Source of the DNA: Rhizophagus irregularis
Taxonomy: Eukaryota
NCBI RefSeq assembly: GCF_026210795.1
Contig: NC_089433.1
Span: 5,146,001-5,210,000, forward strand
DNA length: 64,000 bases
Reading direction: 5' to 3'
Under the pieces are notes generated by a model. The model did no database searches. It had not been told where the DNA came from and saw nothing but the letters and a program-made list of their open reading frames with translations. Both the position numbers and the translations under genes were made by a program. Position 1 is the first letter of the stretch; each line of letters opens with the position of its first letter. Positions 12,717 to 24,997 of the stretch are shown here, in pieces.

Positions 12717-14501
12717 AAATGTGTATAGAATTACGTACGTTACGATTGTTACGTACTTACGTGTGCATAGAATTACGTATTCATAGAATTACGTATTCCA
12801 TATGTAAATCTGTGTGTACTTGGTTAAATGAAAAAATTGATCTAACATAAAAATATCAATGATTCTCTGTGTGATGGTCACAAATTTATTTTGCGTCACA
12901 ATATGCGTAGTGTGTTTTTTTTTAATAACTCTCTTATATCAACATAAAACTTTACATCTTACCCCTGAAAATAAATAATAATTTAAGTAAAAATAGAAAT
13001 ATATAAATTGGAGAATCTGAAAATTTGTTAATTGTATTCTTAATTATTTATATATAATGTGAAAAGAACTGGTGTTATTTAGAAATACCTAAATTATTTA
13101 ATTAAAAAAAACTCTGGCGTTCATTTTATAAAATTTTCCGACTAGGTCCAATTCAAGTGTAACCTGAATTATTGTCCGAAGCGTAGTGTAGTACCGTTTG
13201 TTGTCCCGCATGCTTATCGACGACCAATTAGATTTTGTATTTAGTTTACGTTTTTCATGTACATGTCACGTGATGTAAATAAATTGATTCTACTTTTTTA
13301 AGATTTAATTTTTCAATAAATAATTTTGGTCGGTAATTAATTGGATGATTGATTTTTAAGAATTTTTTTTTTCAAATAAAATAATTTAATAAATCGCACA
13401 ATAAAAAAATGTTTTAATAAGCTTTTTTAATGATTTTTATTAATAACTTTTTGAAGGTCAAATAATTGAAAATAATTTCCAGAGTTAAAAGCTACAATTG
13501 CACTAAAGATTGTTCATTAACTGATCCAATATAAGTATATTCTAGTACGATTTTCATTCCAACGGAATTAATTTTGGAAAAGAAATTTGATTTTCATAAT
13601 TTTCCTTAAAAAATTCTAACAAATATTTTGTACAATTTCTTTTTTAATATAAAATTGGATGTATATTTTTTTTTTTGTCAATTAAATATGTCTTCCATCT
13701 CTTAAAATCTTAAAATTCTATTAGAAATTTTGTTTAGGTCCAAGTCCAGATCGAACTGGTTTCAAAATGTGGGCTACCCAGAACTTGATTTTATTAAAAA
13801 AAAAAAACAAAGAACTAAATTTTTCATTAAAAAATAAAGAAAAAAATTGAAGGACTAAAGTAATTTTTTTTTATTAGAAAAAATGAAGATTTTTATTACT
13901 AGCAAAAAAACTAAAGAAACAAATTTTAATTAGAAAAATTAATAAAGCACCTATTAAAATTAATGAATCTGATTTTTTATTAAATTTAAAGAATCTGATT
14001 ATTTTTATCTAAAAAATAAAAATAAAGAACACAATTTTTATTAAAAAAAAAAAATTAGAACCAAATTGTTATTAAAAAGTATAACGAAACCTATCCATCA
14101 ACAAACCGGGTCCGAATACTACCACAAATGGGAAATAAAAAATAATTTGCTAAATTGGTTACGTGATAAAAATGTTACGCGAACGATTACTGTGGAAATC
14201 TTTTCTAATGTTACGAAAAATGTTAAAAATGTTGATGTTGGATTTCAGTAGCTAATAAAATTCACATGCACATTATAGCCAATTAGACTTATGGAGGTCT
14301 AGTATTTATTGAGGTATTTTTTTCAGCTGAGCAAATAATAATTACAAAAAAAGAGGACGAAAGGAATGAGAATATATTGTTTTATGTCCGGGAGCTTTAA
14401 CCGCTATTATTATATTATAAACTATTAAATTTTTGAATGATTCATAAAAAATGTGTTGAGAATTAATACTAATTATCAAAATTATAAAGGATCTAAAATA
14501 A

Positions 14502-15575
14502 CCTTGTCGGACCATTTTCTGAATACCAATTTCCTGAATATACTTTTTCCCGAATCCAATTTTCTGAATGCCTATTTCCAGAAATTGATCATTTCCAGAA
14601 ATTCCATTTTCCCGAATGCCAATTTCCCGAATCTCAATTTCTGGAATTATATGAAACATCCAATTTCCCGAATTCTTTTATCCTGAATTATTTTGTCCCA
14701 AATTCCAATATCATGAACCTTGATATTCTGAATGGACATTTTACTGAATTTAATATTATTTTGTATAATTTTACATCATAAATTAGAATTATTAATTTCA
14801 TAGACTCAACCTTTATTTTATTTAGTATACTAATCAATAAATTATATATAATGTATATAAATATAATATGTAATAAACTAACTTGTATTAAAACAAATAC
14901 TTAAAATAAATAATGCAAAAGCGAGCAGATTTTATTATTCAGTCAAAGTATCTGTTTGAAATTTGTACCTGTACCAAATCTTTTTCTCCTAAAATGTAAA
15001 TTAATTTTATCACCTGGCTACTAATTGGTATTTAAGATTTTTTCTTCCATTTATAAACTGGCGGACCAATTAGTATATCCAGGATGATAAAAAAGTTATT
15101 TACTGATCTAGTTTAGTATATAAATGGGTCATCATCCTTCGGATGATAACCCATTTATATACTACTAGATTAGTAAATAACTAATACATATAAAATTCAT
15201 ATTCAATTGTTTTATATAAAATGGTAGAAATTAGTCTTTATCAATAGTTCTTATTTTTTAAATTTATTATATAGTTTATTTATAAATCATATGAGAAAAT
15301 ATACAATTTATTATTAATTCAAGAAATTGTCCATTCAGAATATTAGAATTCGGAATATTATAATTAAGGATATTTGAATTCGGGATATTGGGATTCAGGA
15401 TATTGGGATTTAGGATTCGGGAAATTAGACTTCAGGAAATGGGATTCGGGAAATAAGGATTCGGGAAATTGTATATTTCAGGAAAATGTTCAGTTCAAAA
15501 AATTGGCATTCAGGCAAATGACTTCGGGAAAAGATATATTCAGGAAAAAGGCATTCAGGAAATCGTACTGTAACC
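14502..15575. mobile_element. Non-autonomous Mutator-like element (9-bp TSD) with inverted subterminal tandem repeats
   Basis: CTAAAATAA flanks both ends (14493-14501, 15576-15584). The left arm has ~15-bp TTTCC(C/T)GAAT units and the right arm the reverse-complement ATTC(G/A)GGAAA units. Confidence 0.82.
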
Positions 15576-16601
15576 CTAAAATAATTATTATACTACGCAA
15601 TGATCTCAACCAAATTGTGAATTCTAGCACAAATTTATCACATAAAGAAAAGGCATTATAATGATATATAAATTGTACAATCATTTTAAGAAAGAAAAAA
15701 AAATCTCTTTAATTGATAATTGAATTTGATATTTTTTTATATTTTTACATTCAATTAAATAATAAAGTCTATGAATTTATATATTCATTTAACAATTATA
15801 TTAAAAAGTATTATTTGCTAATATAGTTATTTAAAAAGTTATATAGAAGTGGAATAATTGAGATTCCATTATTTTAGTTGACAAATTTTTTTGTAAATAA
15901 GTGGAATGATAAGATAAATCACAATTTATCATGATGATACTATACTTATAGCAAAATTTATAAAATTCAATCATTAAAAAGAAAAGATGGATATTCTTAT
16001 TGATGCGTGACATATTAAAAATACATCAACCATTCTATCCATTACTATCATAATGCCTAGATTGTGGAATTAATTACCATAACTTAATAGTGTTATACAA
16101 GTATTTATTAAAGATGAACCTTTTTGATGCAAATGATTGTAAAGTATTTTAAGATATTGATTCATGAAATTTTTACCTTCAAATAAAATACTTCTACGTC
16201 AATAGATAACAAGAAACTCTTACTAAATGTTGCAAAAACTTATGCTTACGTAATGCATAGCTAAATATAGCTTAATTTACATGAAATATTTAAGTTCGGA
16301 TTAAGGTTAAATTAGTTATATTTTATAATTTCAACATTCTAATTTTTATAATTTACAATGTAGATAAAAAATATACCATAAATATAATCAAAATAAAAAA
16401 TATGTTTATTTATAGTTAAAAAGTCAATATTCCTTAGTTACAGTACCTAATATAATCACTGGCTCTACTAAAATTGTCTATAAAGTAAAATTGTAATAAA
16501 CTCGTACTTTACATTATGATTTCTTTCATTATTTACTTAAAAATAAATGTCACTAATAATTTATCTCAATGATACGTGTCTTTGCTTAACTTACACTTAG
16601 T

Positions 16602-18057
16602 TTAAAGTTTAATATAATTTAAAAGATTTGAATATGTTACTATCCCTTCATCAAAGTAATACTTAACAACATTTAAATGTTTTTTTGTAATATATTCAAT
16701 AACATCACTGATATTAAAACAAAATTTTCGTCCCCTATAACTTTCAAAAAAATTTACAAAAACGCCAATAGAGTATTTCCAATATCCACTAATTAATATA
16801 TCAATTAAACATTTTGGAGAAAATTTAATTAAAATATCCAATAATTCATCTCCTATATCACTATTTTCATTCAAACCAAAAAGATTTAAACATACTAAAT
16901 TTTTGCAATTCATTAATAATAATTTAACATAAATCAAATCATTAGGTCCAAGATATGTAACTAAGTTCTCAATCCTTGGACAATGATTAGAAATTGCATT
17001 AAGTAACATTCCTGTATTTTCAGCAGATTCATTACAAGTTTCTATATAGATATTTGATATATTTCCTTTGGTTTTTTCAATTAACATTGCTAATTTCTTA
17101 AAGCATAATAAATCATCTTTAATTTCAAGTGACTGAAGATCTGGAAATTTTGAAATTTCTAAGTATTTCTGGAATTCAATATTCCTTTCATAACTTTCAC
17201 AATCATAATATATTCCCAAATACTTTAGACTAACAAGTGATGTTAAAAATGAATGTGGAATAACATCAACTGAATCATGTAAAGTAAGATTATTAATCGT
17301 ACAACCTCTTCTTGCCAATGCCTTGCTTAATTCTTCACACGTCCCTAATTCTTCACACGAACCGTCCATAATCTTAAATTCTAATGATACAATTTTTAAA
17401 TTTCTTTGTGCATCGATTAAAGAAGTTAATCCAGGAATATCTTGAGAACAATTTTCAATAATTAATTCGCCCAAATCTTTACAAATTTGTGACATTCGAT
17501 AAAGACTATTAGAATCTATAAACCATAGATTAATTTTTAGGCTATATAATTGAGAGAAAAATGTTAAAGCTCCAGGAAATGATAATAAAGGTTCATAAGT
17601 ATCCCACACAAATGTTTTAATACCCTTGCATTGACTAATAAATAACTTGTACATTTCTCGTAAAAAAAGATATACTTTTTTTGAATCAACCTTAATTAAA
17701 AATTCTTCTTTAAAAACCATACGCATAATATAAGTTAGAATTTCACCATTAAAAAATTTACAAAGACTAATATAATTAAACGCTGGGGTTTTTGAAAGAA
17801 TTGTTTGAGATAGTCTAATATTATTATCAAACAAAAGTTGTTTTGAAGAGGTTGATAGACAAGAAATTATTATATTAAAAAATTTTTCTCTTGATTCTAC
17901 ATTTATAAAATAGGATGGATAATTATTCCATAAGATAGGAACTACTAAATGACACCACTCTTTATTGACTAAAAGACATGAATAAATATAATGATTTATT
18001 ATCTTTCCATAATTCATTGAAAATAAGAACAAGACAATCAATATTTAATTTTTCCAT
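16602..18057 (-). pseudogene. F-box/LRR-like paralogue with a frameshift in the F-box
   Basis: The ATG at 18057 reads MEKLNIDCLVLIFNELWKDNKSLY, then a 4-nt TATT duplication (~17980-17988) shifts the frame to an early TAA. The rest of the reading frame to 16602 is open. Confidence 0.78.
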
Positions 18058-20693
18058 TTTAGTTTATTTCAGTTCAAAAAAAAAAAAGATTTAAAACCCA
18101 AAATTTTAAAAAATTTAATTATAAATGAATGGCGTAACCTATTACGTAATTTGTGTACCACTGATTTTTTGATACAATATGCGGATTTTTCTTAACGTAA
18201 TATATTGCAGACGTTGTACCACCACGAATTTTAATAATCTTTATTTGTAACTTACAAACCGTTCCTTAAGATAAAATAATTCTTACGAAATAATACGGGA
18301 CTTATTCGACAATGTTATTGACAATATTTCATTGTTCAATATTAGAAAACGATAAAAAAATAAAAAATTTTTAAGCACAATTCTGAAACGTATTAACAAT
18401 TTCTCCAATTAATTTTTTTCTTTCGATCATACTTCTGAAGAAGTATCCGACCAAAATTACGAAGGGAAGAAATCTAAATTTCGAAATTTTATCTTCGAAA
18501 TGTACTATCAAATCGAAAAAAGGAATTATCTTCAGAGCATATCCTGACACTCATGATTAAAGGAAAGATTAGTAATATGTTTCTTTTAAATAAAATAAAT
18601 AAAAAGTTTTCGAAATTGATGTTAAAGTTCGAAACTTCAAAACTCTCCACCATTACCACTAATAACCTACAAACAAAATGAAAAAATATTAGTAAAACAT
18701 TTCTTTTAAAAAATCAAAATATAAAAGAATCAATTCAAAGTTTAACGTTAAACTTTGAAACTTCGGTCATTGCCATTCAAAACACCATCACTGACACTTA
18801 CCATAAATACAGAAGTCCACCCTACGAGAAGTCAAAAATAAAATCCACAAAGAAAAGAAAGGCTAAATTAATTAATTAATTGAAAAAATAAATCACAAAC
18901 ACCACCAATTAAGAAGCCTGAAAATTCACCAGAAAGTTAAGAAGTCTACTCTAAACTACTACCATCAAAATGAAATTTACATAACAAATTTACATTACAG
19001 ACGTTATTAAAATGAAAAAACAGATCTTACCTATTTTCATTCTATATAAAAAGGTTTCGTCCGGAATTTTGTACTTAGACTCTAATTTCGGTAAGAATTT
19101 TAGACTCGGAAGTAGTTTCAGACCCAAAGTTTTGGACTTTCGGATTCGACTGCATTTTCAGAAATTTCGAAATTTCGGTCACGTATAAAAAATCGTTTTT
19201 AGTATTTCAGATCAGGTCATCTGATATCACCCAACCTGTTCTCTACCCGGATAGGATGATTTTAACAACCAATAATTTAACCGACCGAAACAAGGTTATG
19301 AGATTAATTACACAAATCTTTTGATACCTAAATATTTTTGGCCTAAAAATAAAAACCACAATTTTGTTAATAATCTAAAGGACGAAGTATTTTAACTCAA
19401 ACACTCTAAATGATTAGGTATAATCACAGGGAACGAAGTCCCCTGTTAATAAATGTATTTCTAGATATATATGGTAAATTATCGGTCGCTATGACTTCGT
19501 CTAGCATCGTTACACTTAAGATATGCTCAGGATTTTTTACAAGAAGTAAGTTAACTAAATTTAAAAAATTAAAGTTTAATAATCATATGAAATATGTAAT
19601 GGATAACAGTAGTTTAAAGGTATACGAGACACAAAAACAAACAAGTTCATTACGGCGTATGAGTACGCTAATGGTGTAATTTATTATACCTTAGCTCATA
19701 TTCTCTTACTAATATAACTTAATTAAATTATTATAGTGTATTAAATTATAATTTTAAAATTCCTTCAAAATTTTTCTAAATTTATAAGTTGAATAAGCTT
19801 CAGATAATCTTAAAATATTGATGCTGCTTGATCAACGAACTAGGTGATTATTTACATTAAAAGTAGATAAGCAGTGGTTATTGAATTTTATAAATAATTA
19901 TTGTATAAATAAATTCTATTATCATAAATTTCCAAGTCTCAGGAACTTTTAACATATTCACAATGTTGTCACATCCAATAATTTATGGTATTTCTTGTAT
20001 ATATTCACTACTCATATTTAACCTTTTTAAAGCGATTTTTTTTAGGATTTGTTAAATTGTTGATAGCTAACCATTACCTAATGTCATTTGCAACATACAT
20101 CCAGTCATGGAAAAGAATACTATAAAAATCAATCTCAAACACGGTTCTTCAGATGAATGTTGTTACAAAAATCTTATACATACTTTTAATCCATATCGTT
20201 GACGTTAAGTTATCGTGACATCCCGCCATGACTTGAGAATAATTATTATTCGTTATACACGAATGATGTAAGTATTACATATTTTATTGTTGAATCTTAT
20301 TTTTTTTTCGCTTGGTTTTTTTTTTCATTTTAAAAGATTTTAAAATTTTAAAAAGCTTCGGAACTATTACTATTACACTTGAAAATAATATTGAGATTAC
20401 TAATAAATTAAAAGAAAGTTTTTCTCATTTGGAAAATACAAATCTTTCCGAATTACTCAAATTTTCAAATCAGTCCATTATAGTATAATCAATAGTTAAT
20501 TTTTACTGCAAAATTTCCTAGAAACGGATAAATAAATTACATATAAAATTTGCTACCCAGTAGGTATAACTACATTTGCATAATCGTGTAAATGGTGCCG
20601 ATCAGGGGATAATGTCATGGTATTTGTTTTATATTTTTCCATAAACACGGAATTTTTCACAAAAAGTATGGGTTGTAACGGAAATATTTGGAT

Positions 20694-21058
20694 TAGGGTT
20701 TGTATCCGTTACCTGTCAAAAGACGGATATCTACAGATATTTGGATATCCGGATTGAACGGATACAAAATTTTGGATATCTGTTGGCAGTACGGGTCAAT
20801 TATATAGGCCAGAATGATTTTAAAATTTTTTCCTTTTCGGAAATTATTGTTACATAAATAATAATACGAAAAAGGTTGTGTGGCAGAGAAACGGCACATC
20901 GGTAACTTCCTAAACTTTCGAATATTAATGATTCTCTTAAAAAGGATTTTTTGTGGAACGGCTATCGCCAAAAAATGAAATGATCGACTTACCGATTCAT
21001 ATCCTGCAGAAATATTTGGTTATCCGCCAATATATCCGATGAACGGAAACAAACTCTA
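20694..21058. mobile_element. hAT-like MITE
   Basis: TIR TAGGGTTTGTATCCGTT vs TAGAGTTTGTTTCCGTT (15/17). Degenerate 8-bp TSD ATTTGGAT/ATTCGAAT. Many ATCCG/CGGAT subterminal motifs. Absent at the matching position of the paralogous upstream region (~62740). Confidence 0.72.
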
Positions 21059-21675
21059 ATTCGAATTAAATTCTTATAGGGGTAAAATCTTGAATCAGAT
21101 TAAAAAAAAAAAATTAAAATTTGAAAAAAAACCATAATTAGTGAAATATAATGAAACCATTTAACGTTCACGTGTGACAGATATCCATTTGTTAAGTTTC
21201 ACCACGTCGGTATGAAATAAAAAGAATCTTGTTTTACAAACTTTATGGTAAGTTTATTTTAATTAATTCGTGATTTAAAAGGGTTTCTTAGAGGAACAAA
21301 AAGAAAAAAAGAATGAAATTATTTGCATTGTTAACTAATATCACAAAATTTGGCGTTACGGAGAAAAAAAAAAGTGTGTGTGACGTTTTATGCATAATCA
21401 TCATAATTACAACAAATACGGGTTTAACTCCAAAAAGAAAACATGTTATTGTACATGAAATGAAATAATTCGCCATTAGTTTTTTTTTTAGTGATACAAT
21501 CATAAATTTATTATCACTAAAATATAGAAATATTTGAAATCTTATTATTGTAAAGTAAAATATTTTCTTTTTTTTTTTGTAATCATTAAAAAAAATTTTC
21601 TTATAAATAATAAATTTACCATAATGGTCTATATTTTTCATTCACTAACGCTTTTTTATAAAATCATACTTCAAT

Positions 21676-22861
21676 ATGAAAATAGTATTAAATCGCATTA
21701 GAGAAGAAAATACTTTCGATCTTGATTACTTTAATCCAAAGTATTATTTTGAAACGGAATGGTGTCTTGATATGCATGGTTATCTTGACAGGGAAGAATT
21801 AGAAGCTCGTATTGAAGAAATCAATAGAATAGTCGCTGCAAACCCATTGCTGAGTGAAAGAGCAAAAAAGGGTCTTTTATGTGTTTTCGTCTTACTTTTC
21901 GTTACTTTGGGTGGGTTTATTGCTGGCTTCGCGGCTAAACAAAATGGTGATTATGTTGCTCCCTCCGTGATACAAACTATAAATGTTCTCGCTTACTTTG
22001 TGGGGAGACATTTAGTCAATCAAGCAGCAGGACGTCGCTCCTCACAATTTTCTAAAGCTATAAACATATTGTTTGACCGATATAACGTCAAAGACAACCC
22101 AACTGCCAATTGGAAACTCAAGTGGCGTAAAGTTCTCACTCATTATGATGTAGGAATGAAACATACATCTAAAAAAAATAGTGTTAAAAGTAAGGGAAAG
22201 ATAACGCCAAAGTATGCTGAGGAAGCAGAGATAGAGCTAGAAATTAATGACGCCCTCGCTGAAATCACCGAGTGTACCATCCGTTTGCACCTTTATAGAA
22301 ATAATAAACTTAGAAGAATTACTAACCAACAAGAGGAACTTGAGAGACTTCTTGCATCAAACGAGGACTTTTCAATCACCATCGATGATAAGAAATTACC
22401 TGAAATTCCTTTCAATTACGTACAACCTTCCAACAACACACACCGACCTAACAACATGCCTCCATTTAATAACACACCTCGACCTAACAACACGCCTCTA
22501 TTTAATAACACACCCCAACCTAACAACACGCCTCCATTTAACAACACGCACCCTCCCAACAATACTGAGATGTCAGTAATTTCTGTGAGAAATACTGAAA
22601 GTTTGAACGCTAATAACAATAATAGAAAGATGAATAATATAAACGACAATGAGAATGAAAAAATGAATTACGCCAATCCTCAGACAAATATGGTAATGGT
22701 TAATTCTTCGATTCCCTATAATCCACAGATGAGCTCTACATATACGGTATAACTTTTTTTTTGTGATACGAAAATAATAATGAATTATTTTTCTCATTAA
22801 AAATTTTTATTAATTTACTTTTATTTTTCTTTTTTAGGGTCAAAATAACAACCAAAATTAA
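21676..22861 (+). CDS. Putative membrane protein with two hydrophobic segments and Pro/Asn-rich repeats; N-terminus possibly ERF4/golgin-A7-like
   Basis: Exon 1 21676-22746, intron 22747-22837, last exon GQNNNQN* (22838-22861). Paralogue at 59989-61286 has the same intron. The family assignment is a guess from the YFETEW...GYLDREEL..RIEEIN segment. Confidence 0.8.
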
Positions 22862-23595
22862 TATTAAATGTCTCCAATATGTATAATATGGAGTCGTTTA
22901 AAATCTCGACGAATCCCGTTACAACACAAACTCGATGCCGAAACTCATTATCCCGACACTTACTATCTCGTTATATTATTACTTTTATAGACGTAATATT
23001 ATTGTAATACTTTGTAATAATTAATCTTTTTATTAATACGTAATTTTTATTTAATTTTTGCGATATATTTTAAAAATTATTAATATATTTTTAATATCTA
23101 AATGGGAATCTGGCGTTCATGGCGTCAAATAAAAAGTAAAATTATGTGAAAAAATTATTATAATAAAGAGAATGAAAATCGGGTATCAGAAAAAAATTAC
23201 TTATGATCGACATGAATCAAGAATTTTATAATATTTCGCAAAAATTGCAAAAATATATCAAAATTAATGTCTTTTATAAAAAATACGTTGCAATAATTAA
23301 ATACTTTGCAAAAATTAATGTTTTAATGAATATTATTTATATTATTAATAATTAATGATTTAATAATGCATCACAAGAATTAACAATTAATATTTTTTTA
23401 TTGATATGTAGTAATTTTTTATAACGCTTCGCAAATATTAATGTTTTATTAGAAAATGTCATCCCTGATACAGGATCGGTGAAATACATTGCCTGAAACC
23501 AATCTTCAAAAAAAGTTTTGATCCAAGATTATGAGGGATTTTTGTGTCTACTAAAAAATCTGCGTCTTGTTACATTTTTTTTTTTCAAACATGTA

Positions 23596-24917
23596 CAGTT
23601 CACGACATAAATATCCGGAATTTTTGATTTTGTGCATAAAGGGGCGCTGTCACACCAGGTCTTGTGCAATCAAAATAATAACTAAAATGGAAATTCACCA
23701 GCCCCTTTAGAATATATATATAAACACAAAAATTCTCACCTGATTGTTTTATTAGTGGCAAAACAAATTCATGGCGCCCACTTCGGAATTTGAAATGCAA
23801 CGGTTAACCATAAAGGAATTATGGGACAATAACATACGAAAACCCTCCGAAATAATTAAAATAACTGGTTTTCCTAAGTCTACAGTATATGATATTGTCA
23901 ACCGTCTAAAAAAAACAGGAAGTGTTAAGCACTTACCCATTCCTGGTCGTCCTCTTGTTCTTTCTCCCAAAAAACGTCGATATCTTGGCCGTCTTCTTAA
24001 AAATGATAATGCTACAACTTCAGCTCTAATGACTACAAAGCTGAATAATTTATATCCAGACCTTAATGTATCAACCCGAACTGTTCAACGTACTCTCAAA
24101 AATAAACTTAATTATATTGTTTGTAGGCCACGATCAGTTCCCCTTCTTAAGGCAAGTCATGTTGAAACTCGTCTTCAATGGGCCTTAAACCATACCCAAG
24201 ATGACTGGTCTCACACAATTTTTTCAGATGAAAGTACATTTCAGACATTCCGTAATACTCAAATTGTGCGTTACAAGGCTGGCAATCCACGTCCATCACA
24301 TCCTATGGTAAAGCATCCATACAAAGTGCATGTTTGGGGTGCATTTTGCCGTCAGGGACCAATTGGAGTTGCACTTTTTACAGGAAACATGAATTCTGCA
24401 AAATACCGTGAAATTCTTCAATCCCAACTACTTCCTAATGCTTATCATGCTGGTTATGGATGGAAATTTCAGCAAGACAACGCACCTACACACACTGCAA
24501 AGCTTACCCATCAATTTTTTGTGATTAACGATGTTTCAGTTATTGATTGGCCTGCTAACTCACCTGACCTGAATCCTATCGAGAATCTATGGGCGATTCT
24601 CAAAGGGAATGTAGAAAAAAGGGTCAATAATTGGATTATGAAAAAAAAATCACTTAGTGGAGATGATTTTCAGGGCATAATTCAGCAGGAATGGGATAAC
24701 ATTGATCAAAACGTTTTCTTTAATTTAGCAGATAGCATGTCAGATCGGATTAACATGGTCATAGAAAAAAATGGTTACACGATAAATTACTGATTTTTGA
24801 CGTATGTTTATCTGCGCATTTTAAACTATAAATACAATAAATTTGAAATGAAAAAAATAAACTTTATTATATTTTTACATATTGTGATAAAATTCCGAAT
24901 ATTTATGTCGTGAACTG
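23596..24917 (+). mobile_element. Complete Tc1/mariner-superfamily DNA transposon
   Basis: TIR CAGTTCACGACATAAATAT(C/T)CGGAATTTT at both ends, TA target duplication on both sides, intact transposase inside. Confidence 0.95.
23771..24793 (+). CDS. Tc1-family DD34E transposase (340 aa)
   Basis: N-terminal HTH with GRP motif; catalytic FSDES, FQQDNAP and SPDLNPIENLW, with 34 residues between the second D and the E. Confidence 0.95.
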   Translation: MAPTSEFEMQRLTIKELWDNNIRKPSEIIKITGFPKSTVYDIVNRLKKTGSVKHLPIPGRPLVLSPKKRRYLGRLLKNDNATTSALMTTKLNNLYPDLNVSTRTVQRTLKNKLNYIVCRPRSVPLLKASHVETRLQWALNHTQDDWSHTIFSDESTFQTFRNTQIVRYKAGNPRPSHPMVKHPYKVHVWGAFCRQGPIGVALFTGNMNSAKYREILQSQLLPNAYHAGYGWKFQQDNAPTHTAKLTHQFFVINDVSVIDWPANSPDLNPIENLWAILKGNVEKRVNNWIMKKKSLSGDDFQGIIQQEWDNIDQNVFFNLADSMSDRINMVIEKNGYTINY

Positions 24918-24997
24918 TATATGTATATATTAAGAATGAATAACAAATAATGTCTAATTTCGGCGTAGAAACAATAAATTTAAGTGAAGTTTCTTTA

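Noticed and set aside
14342..15684. Short ORFs with periodic sequence, and ~15-bp repeats that might suggest a CRISPR array
   Set aside because: These are degenerate subterminal repeats of a TSD-bounded element. There are no unique spacers or cas genes, and the context is eukaryotic.
22247..22649. Alternative-frame and antisense ORFs, mirrored at 60275-60718
   Set aside because: Shadows of the Pro/Asn repeat coding region in the two paralogues.
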